Assembly: GCA_036507075.1 (NCBI GenBank)
Contig: DASXQR010000126.1
Location: forward strand, 1-10,231
DNA from: Acidobacteriota bacterium
GTDB taxonomy: Bacteria > Acidobacteriota > UBA6911 > JACQSX01
DNA: 10,231 bases
Direction of reading: 5' to 3'
Both the position numbers and the translations under genes were made by a program. The first letter of the stretch is position 1. The number at the start of each line of letters is the position of its first letter. This document shows positions 6,421 through 10,231 of this stretch, in pieces. A model generated the notes under the pieces. The model did no database searches, was not told the origin of the DNA, and saw only the letters and a list, made by a program, of their open reading frames with translations.

Positions 6421-7721
6421 GGGCCGCTCTTCTCGCATTGACCTCCCAGCGAGGCATCGCTGGCACGCTTCGGAGTTCCGAAGCTGACGGGCAGAGCCTT
6501 CAGACCACGATATGCCTGGTTCGTTCGCCAAACGAGCGGACCGGAATCCAGGACAAGATCAGGCATTCGGACTAACATTTCTTCAAATGCAGTCTGGCCT
6601 TCGAGGCGCGCCAGAGGTGCGCCGAAACAGAAGTGGGCACCCCAGCCAAATGCAACGTGGCGGTTGTCTCTGCGGGTGATATCCAGCCGGTCCGGATCCG
6701 GGAAGCATTCCGGATCCCGGTTCGCGGAGGCCATTACGGCCAGGACCGCCTGCCCCTTGCGAAGCTCTTTTCCTCCCAGTACGGTGTCTTCAGGAGCCAG
6801 GCGGGCCGTGTACTGAATTGGGCTCTCGTACCGCAGAAATTCCTCAACCGCTGACGGGATCAGCGAAAGGTCTGAGCGGATTTTTTCGAGTTGATCCGGA
6901 TTGCGCAAAAGCGAGAGCACGCCGTTGCCGATAAGATTTGTGGTGGTCTCCTGGCCGCCTACCATCGTTATGATACAGTTGGCGACCACTTCTTCTTCAG
7001 TCAGCCGGCTGCCTTCAATCTCCGCATTCAGAAGGGCGCTCACCAGCCCTCCTCGTGGCTGCAAGCGCTGGTCGCGAATCGCGGTTTGGAAATAGGCGGC
7101 CATCTCCCGCACGCTCTCAAGAATCTGCAGCGCATGATCAGGATTGTGCTGAAAATTGCCGAGCATCTCGGCGAAGTCTTGTGACCACGCTTTCAACTGA
7201 GGATGGTCCTCGACGGGCACGCCGAGCATCTCGGCAGTGACGATGGATGGAAGCGGCTCGCCTAAGTCCGCGATCACATCCATTCGGCCTTGAGATTGCA
7301 CCGCATCAAGCAGGCTTTTTACGATATCCCGGATGTGTGACCGCAACACCTCGACGCGCTGAGGCGTGAATGCCACGGATGCTAAGTTCCGCAGTCGAGC
7401 ATGCGCGGGAGGATCCATAAAGAGCATCTGCTTCACCATCACTTCGGCAATCGGATTCAGCGCCGATAGACCCAAGGAGGTCAGCTGATCCGGCGTGGGG
7501 GTGCGTTCAGCAGAAAAATGGCGGAGCACATGGACAACGTCATGATAGCGAGTGACGACCCAAGCGTGCAGGAATGGGTCCCAGTGCACAGGGTTCTCGC
7601 TGCGGAGCCGATGAAAGAGTGGATATGGATTCGCTAAGACCTCAGGGTTGAGTAAATGAGAAAGGCTTGGGGTCGGATCCGGCCTCCCTGTGCCGGGAGG
7701 AACTTGAATGTCCATAGTCAC
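6417..7721 (-). CDS. Cytochrome P450
   Basis: 434 aa. MDPPAHARLR, I-helix GGQETT, ExxR (EFLRYESP), NRDP..FPDPDRLDI and heme motif FGWGAHFCFG (Cys codon 6627-6629). The GTG start overlaps the upstream stop (GTGA 7718-7721); ATG 7715 is an alternative. Confidence 0.97.
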   Translation of the reverse strand: MTMDIQVPPGTGRPDPTPSLSHLLNPEVLANPYPLFHRLRSENPVHWDPFLHAWVVTRYHDVVHVLRHFSAERTPTPDQLTSLGLSALNPIAEVMVKQMLFMDPPAHARLRNLASVAFTPQRVEVLRSHIRDIVKSLLDAVQSQGRMDVIADLGEPLPSIVTAEMLGVPVEDHPQLKAWSQDFAEMLGNFQHNPDHALQILESVREMAAYFQTAIRDQRLQPRGGLVSALLNAEIEGSRLTEEEVVANCIITMVGGQETTTNLIGNGVLSLLRNPDQLEKIRSDLSLIPSAVEEFLRYESPIQYTARLAPEDTVLGGKELRKGQAVLAVMASANRDPECFPDPDRLDITRRDNRHVAFGWGAHFCFGAPLARLEGQTAFEEMLVRMPDLVLDSGPLVWRTNQAYRGLKALPVSFGTPKRASDASLGGQCEKSGP

Positions 7722-9604
7722 GGCGGATTCGCATCTGACTGCGGCGCTTCGCTAAGAATCGATAGAGCTTCGCTCCCCGCATCCAGTTTGGCGAGAATAA
7801 GCCGTTCGATCTCGCGTGACAGTTCTACCAGGGTGGGAGATTCAAACAGGCTGCGCAGGCTGAGACTGACTCCGAATGTGTCGCGAACTCTGGCGATGAG
7901 CTGGGTTCCCAACAAGGAATGTCCACCAAGGAGAAAGAAGTTGTCTTCCACGCTTACCTGATCGAGACCAAGAAGCGGCGCCAGGGTTGTTGCCAGCCAT
8001 TCCTCCACCTCTGTTCGAGGTGCAGCGAAGTTGTCGTCACGAAGGGTATTAGCGGCACTTGGCGAAGGAAGTGCCGCGCGGTCCAATTTGCCGTTCGGGT
8101 TCAGCGGCAGAGCCGGCAGGACCACAAACATGGCCGGCACCATGTATTCGGGCAGACGTGCCGCAAGAAAGGTCCGCAACGCGCTGGCGACAGGCCGGGA
8201 TTTCGGGTCTAGGACAAGATAGGCGACCAAGCGCTGGTCCCCAAGGCCAACTTCCCGAGCCACAACGGCGCTCTGTAAGACTGCTGGATGCTCGTCCAAT
8301 AGTGTCACGACTTCGTTCGGCTCGATTCGAAAACCCCGGATCTTGATTTGATCGTCGATCCGCCCCAAAAAGACAATCTGCCCGTCCGCTAAATAACAGC
8401 CCAAATCTCCAGTCTTGTAAAGACGCGTGTTGGGCTCGGTGCCGAAAGGATTCGGGAGAAATCTCTCCTCGGTCAGATCCGGTCGATTCCGATAACCCCG
8501 GGCAACGCCGGCTCCGCCGATGTAGATTTCTCCAACCGTGCCGACAGGGACTGGTTGGAGAGATCCATCCAAAAGGTAAACCTGCACGTTTGCGATGGGC
8601 CGGCCGATCGGAGGAAGTCGATACGGTCGCGCGTTCGGAAGGACGGGCCCGGACGTGGTCACCACCGTGCATTCCGTGGGACCATAATTGTTGATCAGCT
8701 GAAATGGGAGATTTATCGGCGGGTAGTAATGTAGTGTATCAGCTCCCGTCAGCATCGTACGCAGGGCGGTGTCTGCAGGCCATTGCAGAGCCATTAATCG
8801 CTCAGCCACCGGTGTTGGCACGAATCCGATGGTGATGCCCTGCGCAACCAACCAGTCGCGAAGCGCTTCAGGCTCGGTCAAGATACCTTCATTCGAAATG
8901 TGCAGGCTGGCTCCCGCTGTCAAATAGGGCCACAGTTCCCATACGGCAGCGTCGAAGCCCACTGGGGAAAGGTGGCTCGCGCGATCGGCAGCCGTTACCC
9001 CGAAGGTCCTCCGGTGCCAATGCACAAGATTCAGGAGGCTGTCGTGAGTAATCTCCACTCCCTTTGGCTGGCCGGTGGAACCAGAAGTATAGATAACATA
9101 GGCCAAGTCATCTGATTTTGCGTCGAGGACAGGGAACTCCGGAGGCAGGGCATAGGACGGTATTTCATCCAGGGTCACCAAATGGCGGCGGCCCTCAGCG
9201 AGTTTTTCTCTCAAGGATGCGCTTGTCACAACCACACGAGCTTGCGCGTCATCCAGAAGGAACTCCAACCGAGTCACGGGATGAGATGGATCGAGTGGCA
9301 AGTATGCGCCGCCCGCTTTAAGGATTCCGAGCGCGCCCACAACAGAAGCTGTGGATCGATGCAGGCATAGCCCAACGACACTGTCAGGTCCTACTCCTAG
9401 CGAGCGCATATGATGAGCCAGACTATTGGCCTGGACGTCCAGTTCTTTGTAGGTCAGGATCCGATCGCCGGCCGCTACAGCAACTGCATCTGGGGTCGCC
9501 AGGGCCTGGTCTGCCACCAGATCGGGAACGCTCTTCTCCTGGGGATACGGCCGATGAGTCTCTAGATGACGTATCCAAGTGCTGTTCTTCGCACCTTTTG
9601 GCAT
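7718..9604 (-). CDS. Stand-alone NRPS adenylation-PCP didomain, predicted leucine-activating
   Basis: A-domain cores LKAGGAYLPLDP, YVIYTSGSTGQPKG, FDAAVWE, NNYGPTE, GEIYIGGAGVARGY, YKTGDL, GRIDDQIKIRGFRIE, NGKLDR. PCP motif DNFFLLGGHSLL. Start placed at ATG 9604 (purine-rich GAAGGAAACGGAAAGAG upstream), giving 628 aa. Confidence 0.95.
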   Translation of the reverse strand: MPKGAKNSTWIRHLETHRPYPQEKSVPDLVADQALATPDAVAVAAGDRILTYKELDVQANSLAHHMRSLGVGPDSVVGLCLHRSTASVVGALGILKAGGAYLPLDPSHPVTRLEFLLDDAQARVVVTSASLREKLAEGRRHLVTLDEIPSYALPPEFPVLDAKSDDLAYVIYTSGSTGQPKGVEITHDSLLNLVHWHRRTFGVTAADRASHLSPVGFDAAVWELWPYLTAGASLHISNEGILTEPEALRDWLVAQGITIGFVPTPVAERLMALQWPADTALRTMLTGADTLHYYPPINLPFQLINNYGPTECTVVTTSGPVLPNARPYRLPPIGRPIANVQVYLLDGSLQPVPVGTVGEIYIGGAGVARGYRNRPDLTEERFLPNPFGTEPNTRLYKTGDLGCYLADGQIVFLGRIDDQIKIRGFRIEPNEVVTLLDEHPAVLQSAVVAREVGLGDQRLVAYLVLDPKSRPVASALRTFLAARLPEYMVPAMFVVLPALPLNPNGKLDRAALPSPSAANTLRDDNFAAPRTEVEEWLATTLAPLLGLDQVSVEDNFFLLGGHSLLGTQLIARVRDTFGVSLSLRSLFESPTLVELSREIERLILAKLDAGSEALSILSEAPQSDANPP

Positions 9605-9794
9605 CTCTTTCCGTTTCCTTCTCACTCGAAGGAACGCGCCGTGTAGCGGATGAATTCTGAGGGCGCGTTCTGGATGATCATGATTTTGAAAATCTAGTAA
9701 CAAGCGCCTGGGAGCGGGGAGAGCCGTAGCCAATAGTGGCATTAGTGCTGACTGTTTCGGCCGGGACGATAATCCCCCCCACTTTCTCTGGCCT

Positions 9795-9809
9795 GCAATC
9801 TAGGAACCA
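9795..9809 (-). promoter_or_regulatory. Putative sigma54 (RpoN) -24/-12 promoter for the NRPS-like operon
   Basis: Minus strand (C)TGGTTCCTAGATTGC(A) has exact GG-N10-GC spacing and a canonical TTGCA -12 box. It lies in the 392-bp intergenic region upstream of the A-PCP gene. Confidence 0.58.
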
Positions 9810-9852
9810 GAACCTCTCCTGACCACAAAACATTAAATCCGAAGAAGTTGGA

Positions 9853-9879
9853 CAGAGTCCGTAAACACAACCGACTCTG
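9853..9879. repeat. Inverted repeat CAGAGTC-N13-GACTCTG
   Basis: Perfect 7-bp arms between the putative enhancer box and the -24/-12 element. No strong U-tract, so not called a terminator. Confidence 0.4.
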
Positions 9880-9882
9880 AAG

Positions 9883-9900
9883 TGTGCAGTCACATACCCA
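9883..9900 (-). promoter_or_regulatory. Putative enhancer/activator binding site TGGGTA-N6-TGCACA
   Basis: Minus strand TGGGTATGTGACTGCACA has both 6-bp arms and the spacing identical to the site at 826-843. It lies 73 nt upstream of the -24 box (68 nt at the other promoter). Confidence 0.55.
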
Positions 9901-9996
9901 ACGATGGTAAGTCCAATCATAACGCTTTTAGACAGCATGCTTGCTGAAGGCATTTCATTGCCACGACTGACACTTTTGAGGCCTTCCCCCAGCCGT

Positions 9997-10231
9997 TCAA
10001 CGGCGGAGCACTTCCTTCCTGACAAACTCATATGCTCCCCTGTCCCACACGCCATCTGTGCCTCGGGTGGTGCCATTTGGATCTAAAGTAAAAGGGGCTG
10101 AAAGTACGTTTCCCGCCCTGGTGGCTGCCGTTAAACGAAAATCTGCATCTGCGGGATCCGTCAATGAATTCCAGGTTTGGAAGGGATTCCCGCTTCCCAG
10201 TTGACTGTTGGATTCGCCGGCCACCGCCCCG
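9997..10231 (-). CDS. C-terminal fragment of a probable secreted parallel beta-helix / choice-of-anchor-Q-like protein (partial; begins beyond the right edge)
   Basis: The frame is open to the window edge. The tail DFRLTAAT...DPNGTTRGTDGVWDRGAYEF matches the DF.L....D..G..R.....D.GAYE C-terminal motif common in pectin-lyase-fold extracellular proteins. Confidence 0.65.
   Translation of the reverse strand, partial: GAVAGESNSQLGSGNPFQTWNSLTDPADADFRLTAATRAGNVLSAPFTLDPNGTTRGTDGVWDRGAYEFVRKEVLRR

Noticed and set aside
6417..7721. Naming the P450 bioI or oxyD
   Set aside because: Family assignment needs a database search, and there are no biotin or glycopeptide genes nearby.
8049..8672. 207-aa alternative-frame ORF inside the A domain, and the many plus-strand ORFs across 1192-9370
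   Set aside because: They overlap well-supported genes, have Arg/Ser/Pro-rich shadow composition and show no motifs.
9605..9742. 46-aa N-terminal extension of the A-PCP ORF (start 9742)
   Set aside because: No SD at 9742 and no domain-like sequence; ATG 9604 has a purine-rich SD region. Not fully excluded.
9950..9963. TGGCAATGAAATGC as a sigma54 promoter
   Set aside because: The spacing is GG-N9-GC, one base short of the strictly required N10.
9678..10076. 132-aa minus-strand ORF and 60-aa plus-strand ORF (9904-10086)
   Set aside because: They overlap the upstream gene's 3' end and the promoter region, and have no recognisable motifs.

Overview
All credible genes in this moderately GC-rich bacterial window lie on the minus strand. 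An Acidobacteriota-like origin is my inference from the gene families, not something I tested. In transcription order (right to left) the window holds: the 3' end of a probably secreted protein with a D..G..R...DRGAYE tail; a six-gene split-NRPS operon (stand-alone A-PCP with the Leu code DAWFLGNVVK, cytochrome P450, A-less C-PCP protein, Sfp-type PPTase, CE4/NodB-like deacylase, N10-formyl-THF formyltransferase); and the 5' part of a signal-peptide-bearing repeat protein that the ORF track missed. Four features stand out. (1) The C-PCP protein starts with a 35-aa hydrophobic segment closely resembling the TM4-TM5 hairpin of complex I subunit NuoL/ND5. (2) Its C-domain motif is HDxxxDD rather than HHxxxDG. 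(3) There is no thioesterase, but there is a formyltransferase/CE4 pair typical of envelope-glycan modification, suggesting a carrier-protein pathway that decorates a surface glycan or lipid with a modified leucyl group. (4) The operon and the downstream secreted-protein gene share the same upstream architecture: a TGGGTA-N6-TGCACA box about 70 bp before a TGGTTC-N5-TTGC sigma54-type -24/-12 element.
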